Made by a program: the position numbers and the translations under genes
From: an uncultured Candidatus Poseidoniales archaeon
GTDB taxonomy: Archaea > Thermoplasmatota > Poseidoniia > Poseidoniales > Thalassarchaeaceae
DNA length: 64,000 nt
NCBI GenBank assembly: GCA_964618995.1
Contig: CAZUBQ010000002.1
Coordinates: 25,352 to 89,351 of the forward strand
Reading direction: 5' to 3'
Part shown: piece after piece, positions 1-9,763 of the stretch
Layout of the letters: each line of letters begins with the position of its first letter
Position numbering within the stretch: the stretch's first letter is position 1
Notes under the pieces: generated by a model
Databases searched by the model: none
Told to the model about the DNA's origin: nothing
Seen by the model: the letters and a program-made list of their open reading frames with translations, nothing else

Positions 1-2
1 TC

Positions 3-227
3 GTGATCGCGTTCGTAACCCCGCGGACCCTCGACGAGGAATCGTTGCTCGATGCGCTTGACGCGTTCGCCACCATCATTCCCGGCAGGGGAGGGCGCAA
101 GCGACGCTTGCCAGTGATTCCTGTGGTGGTCTGTCCTGCCTGTTCTATGCGCAACCCGGTTGCCAGCGAAGAGCGCCCCTACCGAATGCCCTGTGGTGGC
201 TGTGGTGCGCGTCTGCGCATCGACTAA
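3..227 (+). CDS. C-terminal fragment of an upstream gene (partial); ends in a CPAC...CGGCG zinc-ribbon-like motif
   Basis: Open frame runs from the window edge to a TAA stop at 225-227. It carries a CxxC...CxxC pattern. No function can be assigned. Confidence 0.3.
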   Translation: MIAFVTPRTLDEESLLDALDAFATIIPGRGGRKRRLPVIPVVVCPACSMRNPVASEERPYRMPCGGCGARLRID

Positions 228-244
228 GGTTCGGCAGAAGGCGT

Positions 245-1126
245 TTGAACCACGGCGGGCTGCGGACCACGATGCACTCATTGCTCGAGACCGAGCCGTT
301 CCAGAGTCTGGCACCTGTGCTGAGAGCTGCGGCCGGTGCACTCAGGTCCAACTCACCGGTCACCTTGTGCGCTGAGACGACGACTGTCGGCGCGCTGGCT
401 CTGGCGCATCTGGAGGCATCCCTCTTGGATGCGGGAATCGCATACCGAAGACGTGTTCCACCTCGCGATGGACAGGCGTCATCAGTGATCATCAGCGAGG
501 AATCGCCTCAAACTGAACCGAAGCCGCTCGAATCCGAACCATTCAGGTTGATCCTCTCGCCACTCACCGTTCACGCGCTCTACGGTCATGATGGCAGTTC
601 TCATTCCGGCACGCTGTCACCGGTAGCACAGGCGGCAGCGCTGGCAGCGGAGATTGCACCGGATGGCAGGCGGGTGCGTATGCTGCGCCCCTGGTTGATC
701 GCTGGGAACTGGCACTCGGATGCACTCGACAACTCATATGACCCGGTCTACAGCAGGCTGCGCGACCATCTGCGAGATGAGGGAGCGTTTCGAGTCGTTC
801 CACTTCCGTCGGTGAGCGAACCGGATGACACCCTTCTACCCGACATCGATGACGAGATGCTGTCGGCCACCAAGGATTCGTGGAGTGTGCTCGACGAGCA
901 GCAGCGTGCAGAAGCCCTCTCGGAAATCGCCGCACCCGAGGTGTTCGGTGGCTCGCTCGGTACCGCACGCTTGGAGGAACTGGTCTGGCACAGGCTGGTG
1001 GTCTCGAATCGCCCTCGCGACATGCATTCGCAATTCGCCGCCCTGCAGACACGATTCTCTGACGACGCGCTTGAAGCAGCCAACACCTGCATCGACCAAC
1101 TTCTCTCCACGGGAGAGGTGGAGTGA
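245..1126 (+). CDS. hypothetical protein (probable ATG start at ~272, MHSLLETE...)
   Basis: 293-aa acidic ORF convergent with rps15. I recognise no diagnostic motif. The track start at 245 is a TTG. Confidence 0.4.
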   Translation: MNHGGLRTTMHSLLETEPFQSLAPVLRAAAGALRSNSPVTLCAETTTVGALALAHLEASLLDAGIAYRRRVPPRDGQASSVIISEESPQTEPKPLESEPFRLILSPLTVHALYGHDGSSHSGTLSPVAQAAALAAEIAPDGRRVRMLRPWLIAGNWHSDALDNSYDPVYSRLRDHLRDEGAFRVVPLPSVSEPDDTLLPDIDDEMLSATKDSWSVLDEQQRAEALSEIAAPEVFGGSLGTARLEELVWHRLVVSNRPRDMHSQFAALQTRFSDDALEAANTCIDQLLSTGEVE

Positions 1127-1134
1127 ATACCGAC

Positions 1135-1590
1135 TCAGTCGACTATGAGGCGAATCTGGTCACGCTTGTAGCGCCAGTCTGCCGGAAGCCGACCGGTGCC
1201 GATGTGGTAGCGGGCGTTTCGGCGAATCTTCGATTCGGTCAGTTCCAACTGCCGACGGTTGTGTAGATCCTTGCGGTTCTGCTCAAGGTGGTCTACGAGC
1301 CTCAAGGCCTTGCGCATCAGATTCATCATTTCGTCGGGGTATTTCGGAATCCTTTCATTGTCAACCAGCACTCCGGCCACCCTCTTGTTGAGTAGCAGAC
1401 GGACGTTGGGAACTGCATACTGGTCGCGCAGAATGGTGCCTATCATCGCCGTTGAATTGCCACTGTCATACAGTTCGCAGATGAGTTGTTCCACCTTCTC
1501 CTTGTCCTGCTCCGACCACTTCGGGACCTCGGTGAGCAGGGGCCTTGAGGAACCTGAGGAACCTTTGCCACTGCTGTGCATCCTTGCCAT
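1135..1590 (-). CDS. rps15: 30S ribosomal protein S15 (uS15; archaeal/eukaryotic S13e type)
   Basis: 151 aa, MARMHSSGKGSSGSSRP... A full-length match in pattern to archaeal S15P/S13e (N-terminal S13e extension plus C-terminal S15 helix bundle). Confidence 0.9.
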   Translation of the reverse strand: MARMHSSGKGSSGSSRPLLTEVPKWSEQDKEKVEQLICELYDSGNSTAMIGTILRDQYAVPNVRLLLNKRVAGVLVDNERIPKYPDEMMNLMRKALRLVDHLEQNRKDLHNRRQLELTESKIRRNARYHIGTGRLPADWRYKRDQIRLIVD

Positions 1591-1679
1591 GGTATCTCCT
1601 CAAGCGACCCGCCGACCTGCTCCCCCTTCATAACCGCTACGCTGCAAGGATGCATGCTCTCTTGTGTAACCTAGTCCAT

Positions 1680-3605
1680 TCACAGCCGGTGCTTGGCGCG
1701 GGCGAGTCTTCCAGGGGAACCAGAGTACTCCCACGCGGCGGCAAGCGAGCGGGCGGTGCCGAGTAGGCCTCCGTCACGCAGTACCAACACGTCATCACCG
1801 ACACGAATGTCTCCCTCGATGCTGTCGACCATCGGACCGAACACGTCACCTTTCCAATCAGGGCCGGGCTGCAGGTGGACGCGACTGAGTGTATTCGTGT
1901 CCGCCAGCAGAGGGAGACTCGCTTTGGCGAAGGCGAAGCGGCCGGCGCGCGGATGCCATTGTGCGAACTGCTCGTCAGCGACGAATATCTTCCATTCGGG
2001 AGGACGTCCGACCACCTTGGCGTCAGTAAGCCATTCGTCTGTGCCGTGGAACCAGCGCGACAGCGCGCGGAACTTGTCTAGCAGATGCTCGCGCTCACTC
2101 ATGCGCTCTCCTGAGTGATAGCGCTCTGCAGCGTCGTCGCTAGCCTGCTGCAATCTGGTGAGCGCAGCTTCTGACCCGGCTGTCTCTCCTAATCGGGTGT
2201 CGATTACCTCGACGCCGGCGTCGATGTCGACGCCAGAGTGGTTGATGACAAGTTCGTAGCCGATGCGGGATACTAGCGCACGTACGAGTCGGGTGATGTC
2301 CTCCAGTTCGGATGAGTTCCAGTCACCGGTGACCGGGATGTCGTAATGTGCGGCCGGCCAGAGATCCTCGAGCTCCCGGGGAACCAGACCGAGCGGAGCA
2401 GTTACCATCACCTCGTGCAGGTTTCTGTGTCTCAACGAACGGCGGAAACGCCAGTGAGAGTTGGACAACCGATACGGTTTGCGCTCACTGCATGGGAGCA
2501 GCACCAGCACCTTCGACTGCGTAGAAGGGGGGGTGTGAACATCCTCAATGCGCTGTATCCAGTCGGCGATGAGCGCGTCGTTGGTGCTGTTAGCAGAATT
2601 ACACCGCCAGCGTCTCCCGTCAGGAACCTTACGCGCCAGCGGGGGCGAAGGAAGGAGCGTGAGTGTCTGCTTATCCTCGGCTGTCAGTTGCTCGCGCTTC
2701 GCCGCTGATTCTCCCAACGAGGCTCGCATCAGGCGGTCATGGAACCTCAGATGCTCCACCAACCTCGAACTGTTCAGCGCTCGGCGCTCCACCAGTTCCC
2801 GCAGCGTCCCATCCCTGATCGCCTGGCGCACGTTGGCCAGTTCATCCACCCAAGCCGCGAACTGCCTGTCCATATCGGTGGACTCCTCGAGGCTGGCATC
2901 GGCTCTCCGAGGACCTGAGGAGGTGAGCAGTGCGCCGGCTGAGGCGGCCTGTCTGCTCCGTCCGAAATCGTGCAGATCGACTCCGAACCATGTCAACAGA
3001 GCGAGATTGTCAGGGCCTGACAGCCCAGGGCACCAGATGAGCGACACCGGGTGACTGGTGCGCAACACGGCTAGTGCACGCACAAGCCGGCCGGGGTGCT
3101 GTGCCAGTTGCAGCGCATCTGTAAGCACCAGAACACCGGGAATCGTCTGCGGATCGGCGAGCACCTCGTCGTGTAGCATACGTTGCCAGGAGACCGGCAT
3201 GACCTCACCCACTCCTGCGTGGGCGAGTCCGGAATCGGCGGTGGCGAGCGATGGCGGTAGTGTGTGACCGAGTGTGACACGCCATTCAGGAGCGGGGTCC
3301 TCGAACGGATGGGCTAGCGGAGCGCGGGCGCGCAGAACGAGTTCGGCAGGCAGGGAACTGGAATCGTGAGCGGAGACAAACGGCGCCAAGGCCACCGTCA
3401 GCGAATCACCTAGGTCGCTGATGTCGGCTTCAGAGGCGATCATACAGGGTGACTGCGCCGCTGACGACTTGCGATCACCCAACGCGATGATGCGTGCGTG
3501 GCGCATACGGTCCGTGACCGTGCGACCTAGATGCTGTTCTGACACGATGCGGCGACCTGTGCGCCATAATTGAACGATTCTATAACCGGCGAGCGGCGCG
3601 CGCAA
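1680..3605 (-). CDS. arcS: archaeosine synthase (ArcS / tRNA-guanine transglycosylase-like protein with C-terminal PUA domain); probable start at ~3506 (MRHARII)
   Basis: Contains LPCSERKPYRLSNSHW, which matches the strictly conserved ArcS motif PC-x3-KPY-x2-S-x2-H. A C-terminal PUA-like region is present (…GDIRVGDDVLVL…). The size is consistent with ArcS. The track's N-terminal ~33 aa would collide with the divergent neighbour. Confidence 0.75.
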   Translation of the reverse strand: MRAPLAGYRIVQLWRTGRRIVSEQHLGRTVTDRMRHARIIALGDRKSSAAQSPCMIASEADISDLGDSLTVALAPFVSAHDSSSLPAELVLRARAPLAHPFEDPAPEWRVTLGHTLPPSLATADSGLAHAGVGEVMPVSWQRMLHDEVLADPQTIPGVLVLTDALQLAQHPGRLVRALAVLRTSHPVSLIWCPGLSGPDNLALLTWFGVDLHDFGRSRQAASAGALLTSSGPRRADASLEESTDMDRQFAAWVDELANVRQAIRDGTLRELVERRALNSSRLVEHLRFHDRLMRASLGESAAKREQLTAEDKQTLTLLPSPPLARKVPDGRRWRCNSANSTNDALIADWIQRIEDVHTPPSTQSKVLVLLPCSERKPYRLSNSHWRFRRSLRHRNLHEVMVTAPLGLVPRELEDLWPAAHYDIPVTGDWNSSELEDITRLVRALVSRIGYELVINHSGVDIDAGVEVIDTRLGETAGSEAALTRLQQASDDAAERYHSGERMSEREHLLDKFRALSRWFHGTDEWLTDAKVVGRPPEWKIFVADEQFAQWHPRAGRFAFAKASLPLLADTNTLSRVHLQPGPDWKGDVFGPMVDSIEGDIRVGDDVLVLRDGGLLGTARSLAAAWEYSGSPGRLARAKHRL

Positions 3606-5876
3606 TGCATGCGCAGCACATCCGGGGCTTGTACGCTTCTGTGCTTGCTGCTGTTATCATCAGTGATGTTCGCGGTCCCTCCACAACCCCCCACCGAACC
3701 AGATAGGGAACTCACCTCACCAATGAATGCACAGACCGTCCTGTTGATTGACGCTCAGCAGGAGGTGAACTGGTCGATTGAGGTGCGCAGTGGCCCGTTT
3801 TTCGTGGCGGTCGATTGCTCGGCTGGAAGTGGCTGCCCTCAGACCACTCTGACAATCACAGAGGCGGGAGGGAATACCCATCAAGCGACCGAACGGTTCC
3901 GTATCGAGTTGTCCGGCAATCTCAGTGCAGGCACCCACACGCTGAGCATCAGCCGTGATTCATCCTCCGGTGACCTGTCGCTCACGCTGACCACCATCTG
4001 GCTCGACCCCATGGGAGGTGAATTCCTCGACGCGCCTTCTGTCCTGCCCGATCCGGGTAGCGATGCGAGCGCCTGGCCCGTGCTGTCCGCTGTGGGATGC
4101 GGGAACTACACAGCATGCGGGGTCACAGACAGGGGAGACATTGGTAGCGCATCGAGCTGGTGGAACGGAAGCCTGGCAGATGTCGATGATATTGACAGCC
4201 TGCTGCTTAACGGAAGCGAGGGCGACGTGTTCGAGTTCGAACTGGTGGCACATTCGACCGAGGTGACCATCGAGATCTGGAATCGAACCGATGACGACCT
4301 GCAGATGCTCTCGAGCATAACCCATGGCCTCGCACAACTCCCTGAATCGGATTCACGCCAGGTTCTCAGCCAACCTGTAGAAGGTGAACTGTGGCTGTTG
4401 CTAATCACCGCGGGAGGTGAAGGTGGAATGTACTCGCTGAACGTAGCGAGACATGTAGCGGGCCTAGAATCAGAATCCGGCGACCTTCCCGGAATTCCAT
4501 TCCTTTCACCAGAGCACACAACGGGGGTGGCAACATCAGGCCATCTGGGCTACGAAGACTACGCTGGTGACATGCTCAGATTCCCAGCCGGATCCCGCTC
4601 GCACATCCGCATCGAATGGACGAGCAGCGCGCCATGTGACCTCAGTCTGCATGTGCACAATCTCACATGGGATCTGTTCACCACGTATCCGTCGTCTGTC
4701 GGCTCCGGTATCGATATCGTTCTCCCCGAAGGAACGGATGGATTCTCAATCGGATTCGACAACCAGTCGTCTGCACTGATCTGGACGCTGTCGGCGACCG
4801 ATCTCGGACCACATGATGCAGGATATCTTGGTGATGCCACCGACCACCGCCCTACCGGAGAGGCTGCGGGAGCGGCGATGCAGGAACACACAGGATCCAG
4901 CGGAACAATCTCTGGCAGCCTGGATATCGTCGACCAGCGCGATGTCTATCTCATCGAACGGGAACTCGGATTCCCCGACCGCAGCTGGTTCTCAACCACG
5001 CTGGAATCAGAACCCGGCTGCTGCCGGGTGAGCATCGAGCAACTGAACACATCGGCGTACATCGGTTGGACGACAGTGGATAGCAACACGAGCGACTTGG
5101 TAGGCATGAGCACCAGTGTCGGCCTCGAATTGGATCACGGACGGCATCTTCTGGTGGTGGAACCGGTCGGCCCGCTAAATGAGCAGGTGGAGTACACCTT
5201 GTTGTGGGGCTGGGCGACACCGGAAGTAGAGGAGAACGATACAGATGGCGAATGGCAGGACCTGTCGGGAGACTTTCGGAATTTCTACATCCTCGTGGGA
5301 GTAATGTTTCTCTCCCCGTGGCTATTGATATTCTACTGGAGGTGGCAGGACCGCGGAACCCTCCGGTTGGAGGTACACGAGCGCAAACGATTGGCGCGCC
5401 TGCGCGAACGGCTGGTGGCGGCTGATGTGGACGATACCGAGGACCCGCACGCGCTTGAAGACGCACTGAACTCGCTGGCGGACACAGACTGGGAGGCGCT
5501 CATCTTGGAGTGGGGGGAGCCAGTGGTACGACATCTGACGGAGGGCATAGATCTCGCATGCTGGCGGCTTGAGAGCAACGATGACTCGGCACGGCTGGCA
5601 GTCGGAATCAGCACCGGTTCGGATTCATGGACCCTCGCCGCGCTGCGCTTCCAGGCGATCGAGGGGGCAGAATGGAAGGTAGGCACGGTCGTTCCCGAGG
5701 CAATGGCAGAGGGGGACGAACTGTTCCTCGGTGAATTATCGGCGAACAGCGACCGCTTCCTGAGAGTTGACCTCGAAGGCAGCGCGGAGGGTCTCGACAT
5801 CCATCTGTCCGGATTGGTTGGCGGTGAACCGATTGCCGCCATCCCGACACGCGCGGTGATGCTAGAGGAGGAGTGA
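3570..5876 (+). CDS. single-pass membrane protein with a large acidic ectodomain and a ~230-aa cytoplasmic domain (receptor-like); probable ATG start at 3609
   Basis: Signal-peptide-like MRSTSGACTLLCLLLLSSVMFAV, then a ~540-aa Asp/Glu/Ser/Thr-rich region. One TM helix (FYILVGVMFLSPWLLIFYW) is followed by a charged RxR stop-transfer and a C-terminal soluble domain. The track start at 3570 is a TTG. Confidence 0.5.
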   Translation: MNDSITGERRAQCMRSTSGACTLLCLLLLSSVMFAVPPQPPTEPDRELTSPMNAQTVLLIDAQQEVNWSIEVRSGPFFVAVDCSAGSGCPQTTLTITEAGGNTHQATERFRIELSGNLSAGTHTLSISRDSSSGDLSLTLTTIWLDPMGGEFLDAPSVLPDPGSDASAWPVLSAVGCGNYTACGVTDRGDIGSASSWWNGSLADVDDIDSLLLNGSEGDVFEFELVAHSTEVTIEIWNRTDDDLQMLSSITHGLAQLPESDSRQVLSQPVEGELWLLLITAGGEGGMYSLNVARHVAGLESESGDLPGIPFLSPEHTTGVATSGHLGYEDYAGDMLRFPAGSRSHIRIEWTSSAPCDLSLHVHNLTWDLFTTYPSSVGSGIDIVLPEGTDGFSIGFDNQSSALIWTLSATDLGPHDAGYLGDATDHRPTGEAAGAAMQEHTGSSGTISGSLDIVDQRDVYLIERELGFPDRSWFSTTLESEPGCCRVSIEQLNTSAYIGWTTVDSNTSDLVGMSTSVGLELDHGRHLLVVEPVGPLNEQVEYTLLWGWATPEVEENDTDGEWQDLSGDFRNFYILVGVMFLSPWLLIFYWRWQDRGTLRLEVHERKRLARLRERLVAADVDDTEDPHALEDALNSLADTDWEALILEWGEPVVRHLTEGIDLACWRLESNDDSARLAVGISTGSDSWTLAALRFQAIEGAEWKVGTVVPEAMAEGDELFLGELSANSDRFLRVDLEGSAEGLDIHLSGLVGGEPIAAIPTRAVMLEEE

Positions 5877-5882
5877 GCAACT

Positions 5883-7076
5883 TCACCGGTTGCGGCGCCT
5901 TTCCTGTGCTTCACGTCGAACTTCTTCCTCGACGTCATCCTTCGGGATGCTCAATTCATCTCGCAGCGCCTCGACCTGCTCCTTGATTTTCTTCGACGGC
6001 TTCTGGGGGACGTGCATCTTCAGCAGCACGGTGATGTCGCCCTGACCCCTTCCCCTACGGTGAGGCAATCCACGGCGACTGATGAGCAGCGTGTCCCCGG
6101 GTCGCGAACCGGCAGGGACTACGATGCGCAGTGGTTCGCCATCGATGTGCGGCAACTCGACTGTGGTGCCGAGCAGCAGTTCTGGATATCCGAGCGGGAG
6201 GGCCATCAGCAGATCGGCGCCGTCACGCTCGAACCATTCGTGGTCGTCGATAGAGAGTTGGATGTATAGATCACCGGCCCGACCTCGGCCACCTTGTGAA
6301 GGTTCACCCTTCCCCGACATTCGCAGGCGCGTCCCATCGAGTACACCTGGGGGGACGTTGAACCTGAGTGTTCGCGTTCTGGTCTGGCATCCATCGCCGC
6401 GGCAGGCCGAGCAGGGTTTGTCGATGATTCTCCCTTCCCCCCTGCAATGTGAGCAGTCCGAGACCATCTGCTGCAGGAACGGGCCAACCTTTCGGCTCTG
6501 CGCAATTCTCCCCTCGCCGCCACACGGCTCGCAGGAACTGATTGCATCAGAGCTGGCAGCTCCGTTGCCACCACAATCCTCACACGCTTCGAGAAGCTCG
6601 ACCTCGGCCTCTCGTTCGCCGCCGCTCTGCACCATCTCGAAAGGTATCCGGTGATGCATCAGAACGTCATGGCCGCGGCTCGTCCGCACTCCTCTTTGTG
6701 ATGCGCCGGAGAAGAAGTTGGAGAAGAACGACTCGAAACCGCCGTTGAACAGGTCCTCCATGGAGATGTTCACCCCTTGGAAGCCACCGGATCCGAACGG
6801 ACTTCCCCCGGGATGCTCGTGACCGAACATGTCGTAGTTACGTCGCTGCTCTGCGTTCGACAGAACCGCGTACGCCTCCTGAATTTCCTTGAAGCGCGTC
6901 TCGGCATCAGGATCATCGGGGTTCTTGTCCGGGTGATTCTTGCGCGCCAGAATACGGAAAGCGTCCTTGATGTCCTTGTCCGAACCGTCGCGGCTGACCC
7001 CGAGGACTTCGTAGTAGTCTCGCTTGGTCATCGGTGGTTCACCGACCCGCGCTGCTCGGCCGACCGTTTTCAACAC
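5883..7076 (-). CDS. dnaJ: molecular chaperone DnaJ (Hsp40); probable true start at 7031 (MTKRDYYEVLGV)
   Basis: J-domain with HPDKNP, a Gly/Phe-rich linker, four CxxCxGxG zinc-finger repeats, and a C-terminal substrate-binding domain. Confidence 0.9.
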   Translation of the reverse strand: MLKTVGRAARVGEPPMTKRDYYEVLGVSRDGSDKDIKDAFRILARKNHPDKNPDDPDAETRFKEIQEAYAVLSNAEQRRNYDMFGHEHPGGSPFGSGGFQGVNISMEDLFNGGFESFFSNFFSGASQRGVRTSRGHDVLMHHRIPFEMVQSGGEREAEVELLEACEDCGGNGAASSDAISSCEPCGGEGRIAQSRKVGPFLQQMVSDCSHCRGEGRIIDKPCSACRGDGCQTRTRTLRFNVPPGVLDGTRLRMSGKGEPSQGGRGRAGDLYIQLSIDDHEWFERDGADLLMALPLGYPELLLGTTVELPHIDGEPLRIVVPAGSRPGDTLLISRRGLPHRRGRGQGDITVLLKMHVPQKPSKKIKEQVEALRDELSIPKDDVEEEVRREAQERRRNR

Positions 7077-7116
7077 AGCGACAGCGAAATGCTCAGGATG
7101 TCCCAGTAGCGCTGCC

Positions 7117-8034
7117 TCAAGTCAGTAGAGCACTGCAGCTGGAGCAGTAGTCCCTGCTGATTGAGTTTCGCGCACCGCAGTCGAGGCAGAACTTCGTCTC
7201 CTTGCCGACGTCCCCTCCACCACCTGTTGAGGCTGCGAGCGATGCCAGGTCCTTGTCACCCTCAACCGTGACTCCCGCAGGCTCCTTGCCACCACCATAG
7301 ATCTGTTCGTACTCCTGTGGAGATGCTGCCTTCGGTTCGGGTTTCGGTTTTGGCTTCGGCTTGGCGACCACCGGTGCTGGCGCCGCCGTCTCCTTCACCT
7401 TCTGCTTCCTCGCTGAGTCCTCATCTTTCAGGGCCTGCTGGAGACTGGCATCGACATTGGATGGACTGGCCGCCTGCTTGCGCTCGTGCGCCAGGTCAGA
7501 TGCGGCCATCGCAGCCATAGGATCTTCCTGACCTTCCCCTGACATGCGGCTGGTGGAACGACGCACATGATCCTGTTCCGAGAGCATGCGAACCTCGAGT
7601 TCTTCCTCCTTCTCTGGACTATCGGACATGGACCTGCCTGCCAGTTCGTCGGTGCGCTTGCCTCGGTCCCTGCCAGCATCATCGTCTGAGGCGAGATATC
7701 CCTCAGCGTCCCGCTCAAGTTGAGCCATAGCCGAATCAGCCTTGGTCCAAAGGCCACGGTCCTCGGCGGTGTACGCCTTGCGCAGACCCTTGATGCTCTT
7801 GGCGCGGAAGAACTCGTGGTCGAGCACCTTTCGCGAACGACGGAAGAGCAGGAATCCTAGAGCCAACGCGATGAGGTACATCACTACCTTCTCCCAAGTC
7901 AGGTCGACGTAATGGCTCGCTGCCGGAATAATCGAATGCAGTATGGCGACGATGATTGCCGGAGTGATGAGCAGCGCCCACGCGGTCAACTCGTTCTTGT
8001 CCTCAGCCATGCGAACCAAACGCTTCGACGCCAC
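7117..8034 (-). CDS. membrane protein with two N-terminal TM helices, an acidic/Lys-Pro-repeat linker and a C-terminal zinc ribbon
   Basis: N-terminal hydrophobic helices. A KPKPKPKPEPK repeat. C-terminal FCLDCGARN...CSSCS (CxxC...CxxC). Confidence 0.5.
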   Translation of the reverse strand: MASKRLVRMAEDKNELTAWALLITPAIIVAILHSIIPAASHYVDLTWEKVVMYLIALALGFLLFRRSRKVLDHEFFRAKSIKGLRKAYTAEDRGLWTKADSAMAQLERDAEGYLASDDDAGRDRGKRTDELAGRSMSDSPEKEEELEVRMLSEQDHVRRSTSRMSGEGQEDPMAAMAASDLAHERKQAASPSNVDASLQQALKDEDSARKQKVKETAAPAPVVAKPKPKPKPEPKAASPQEYEQIYGGGKEPAGVTVEGDKDLASLAASTGGGGDVGKETKFCLDCGARNSISRDYCSSCSALLT

Positions 8035-8089
8035 AGTTCCCGTTCAATGTTTGGTGCCAGCGAATGGCAGTACCAAGGCGTCAAACCGG

Positions 8090-9232
8090 TCAACTGACGC
8101 GGTCCTTGGGGGCACGCCCCTTACGGATGAGCCCGTCGAGAAGCCCGATGGAAAATGTTGTGTGAAGCAGCAACAGCATCAATGGCATCCCGAGCAGCAG
8201 AGTCGGTTGCTGCCGCGTAACCGATTCGAACAGGCCGTGGAGAGTGAGCACCACGGCATAGGTGAGTGGAGGGATCAACCAGATGGGAACACCGGTGAGC
8301 CCGAGACCAGTGAACTTCAGACCAGTGCAACAAAGGAACACGGTTGTGAGCAACCCAATCCATGGAAGGAACTCCAACATCGAGGCACGACTTGGAGCGG
8401 AACGAAGATGCTTCATCCGCCAGAATCCGTAGCGATGACCGAATTTCAGCCACCCACCCAGAGTCCTCCGCTTCGCCATGCGACAAGATGAGACATCAGA
8501 GCGCCACAACTCCCAGCCTGACTGCTCGAGCCGATGATTCAACTCTGAATCCTGCGTGGTGATGAACCGCTCATCCCAGCCGCCCACCTCATCGAGCGCC
8601 CCTCGTCGGTAGAGGGTGAACGGAGGGACACGCGTCCGCTCGCGACCGCGGAACTGGGCGAACTGCCCCCTGCCGCTGGCCATCGGATTCTGCAAGGTCG
8701 CCTCCACCCAGCGGCCGACCAAACCCAGATCCTCGTCTGATTCGCGCACGAGAGTGCCGATTCCCGCCAATCGCCGCCCTTCCTTCGTCAACTCTGACTC
8801 CAAGTCCAACAGATCCGCCACCCGTCGACTCAGGTGGTTCGCGGGCACCCATACATGTCCAATCATCTCCAGCACGAGTTCCACTTCGTCGGGCAAGCTT
8901 ACGAGGCTCTGGTTGCGCGCGTGAGGGACATATCTGTCGGGATTATCCAGCAATTCGACTCGCGGACCTCCCGCAGTTACACTCTCCTGTGCCAATCGCT
9001 TCACGATATCACGCGTACCATCGCTGCTACCTCCATCAATGACCTGAATGAGATGTCTGTCGGCCGGCCAATCCTGTGCGATGAACGATGTCAGGCAGCG
9101 TTCGAGGTGATCGACCTCCTGCCACACCGGGATGACAGTCGCAACCAGAGGATGTTCAGCCATGCGCTTCGCCGATGCTGCTGGCGGACCGGTTGTGAAG
9201 ATTGTCACTGAGCAGTAGGCAGGATTCATCAT
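8090..9232 (-). CDS. family 2 glycosyltransferase (GT-A fold) with a C-terminal multi-TM region
   Basis: N-terminal VIPVWQE...CL.S...Q, then the VIDGGSSDGT (DxD-type) signature of GT2 enzymes. The C-terminal third is hydrophobic, like dolichyl-phosphate sugar synthases and AglD/AglJ-type enzymes. Confidence 0.7.
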   Translation of the reverse strand: MMNPAYCSVTIFTTGPPAASAKRMAEHPLVATVIPVWQEVDHLERCLTSFIAQDWPADRHLIQVIDGGSSDGTRDIVKRLAQESVTAGGPRVELLDNPDRYVPHARNQSLVSLPDEVELVLEMIGHVWVPANHLSRRVADLLDLESELTKEGRRLAGIGTLVRESDEDLGLVGRWVEATLQNPMASGRGQFAQFRGRERTRVPPFTLYRRGALDEVGGWDERFITTQDSELNHRLEQSGWELWRSDVSSCRMAKRRTLGGWLKFGHRYGFWRMKHLRSAPSRASMLEFLPWIGLLTTVFLCCTGLKFTGLGLTGVPIWLIPPLTYAVVLTLHGLFESVTRQQPTLLLGMPLMLLLLHTTFSIGLLDGLIRKGRAPKDRVS

Positions 9233-9266
9233 CCGACGGGGTCTCGCATGTCACCGAGGTCGAACG

Positions 9267-9758
9267 ATGGTCACGGCGAGCGTGGAGGCGGGACTGGCGC
9301 CCACTGACGACGCCGTATTGGTGCGCAACGCCCTGTTGGAACTGTTTCCCAGCTCCGAACTGCCCGATGTAGAACCTAGGCCGGTCTTCCCGACTTCAGA
9401 GACGACAGGTGTGCTGTACGCACGCAACGTGGAATTGACCCGGCTGCAGGAGCGGTTGCAGGAACAACGAATCTGTGACACGGCTCTCGATACGATGGCG
9501 TTCGCACTCGATGAGGACGGCCAGAGCACCTGCTTTTCGATCTCACGCCAGGCGGCGCTGGCAGGCAAGGTTGCATTCGTCCTCCCTGGAGAGAGGGTGC
9601 TCGGTGGCACGTTTGAGGTGAGCATCAGTGGGGAAGGTCTGGCTGAGTGGATCGAAGAGTTCACCTGGCATCCCGGGCGCGGCTCCGTGCCTCGGAACGT
9701 TGCGGATGAAGTGGCGATGCGCAGCGATGGTAGTTCGCGTGACTGGTTCGATGACTGA
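9267..9758 (+). CDS. UPF0201 / COG1931 family protein (predicted RNA-binding, archaea-specific)
   Basis: MVTASVEAGLAPTDDAVLVRNALLELFP..., ...RLQEQRICDTA..., and the F...SRQAALAGKV.F.L block fit my recollection of the UPF0201 consensus. Confidence 0.55.
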   Translation: MVTASVEAGLAPTDDAVLVRNALLELFPSSELPDVEPRPVFPTSETTGVLYARNVELTRLQERLQEQRICDTALDTMAFALDEDGQSTCFSISRQAALAGKVAFVLPGERVLGGTFEVSISGEGLAEWIEEFTWHPGRGSVPRNVADEVAMRSDGSSRDWFDD

Positions 9759-9763
9759 GGCAC

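Noticed and set aside
245-1126. Possible degenerate DHH/RecJ-like protein next to rps15 (a common archaeal synteny)
   Set aside because: I could not find DHH or DHHA1 motifs by eye. The call is left as hypothetical.
3507-3605. N-terminal 33 aa of the arcS track ORF
   Set aside because: It would overlap the divergent gene's start and leave no promoter space. The internal ATG at 3506 (MRHARII) leaves a ~100-bp divergent intergenic region containing a TATA-like TTCTATAA.
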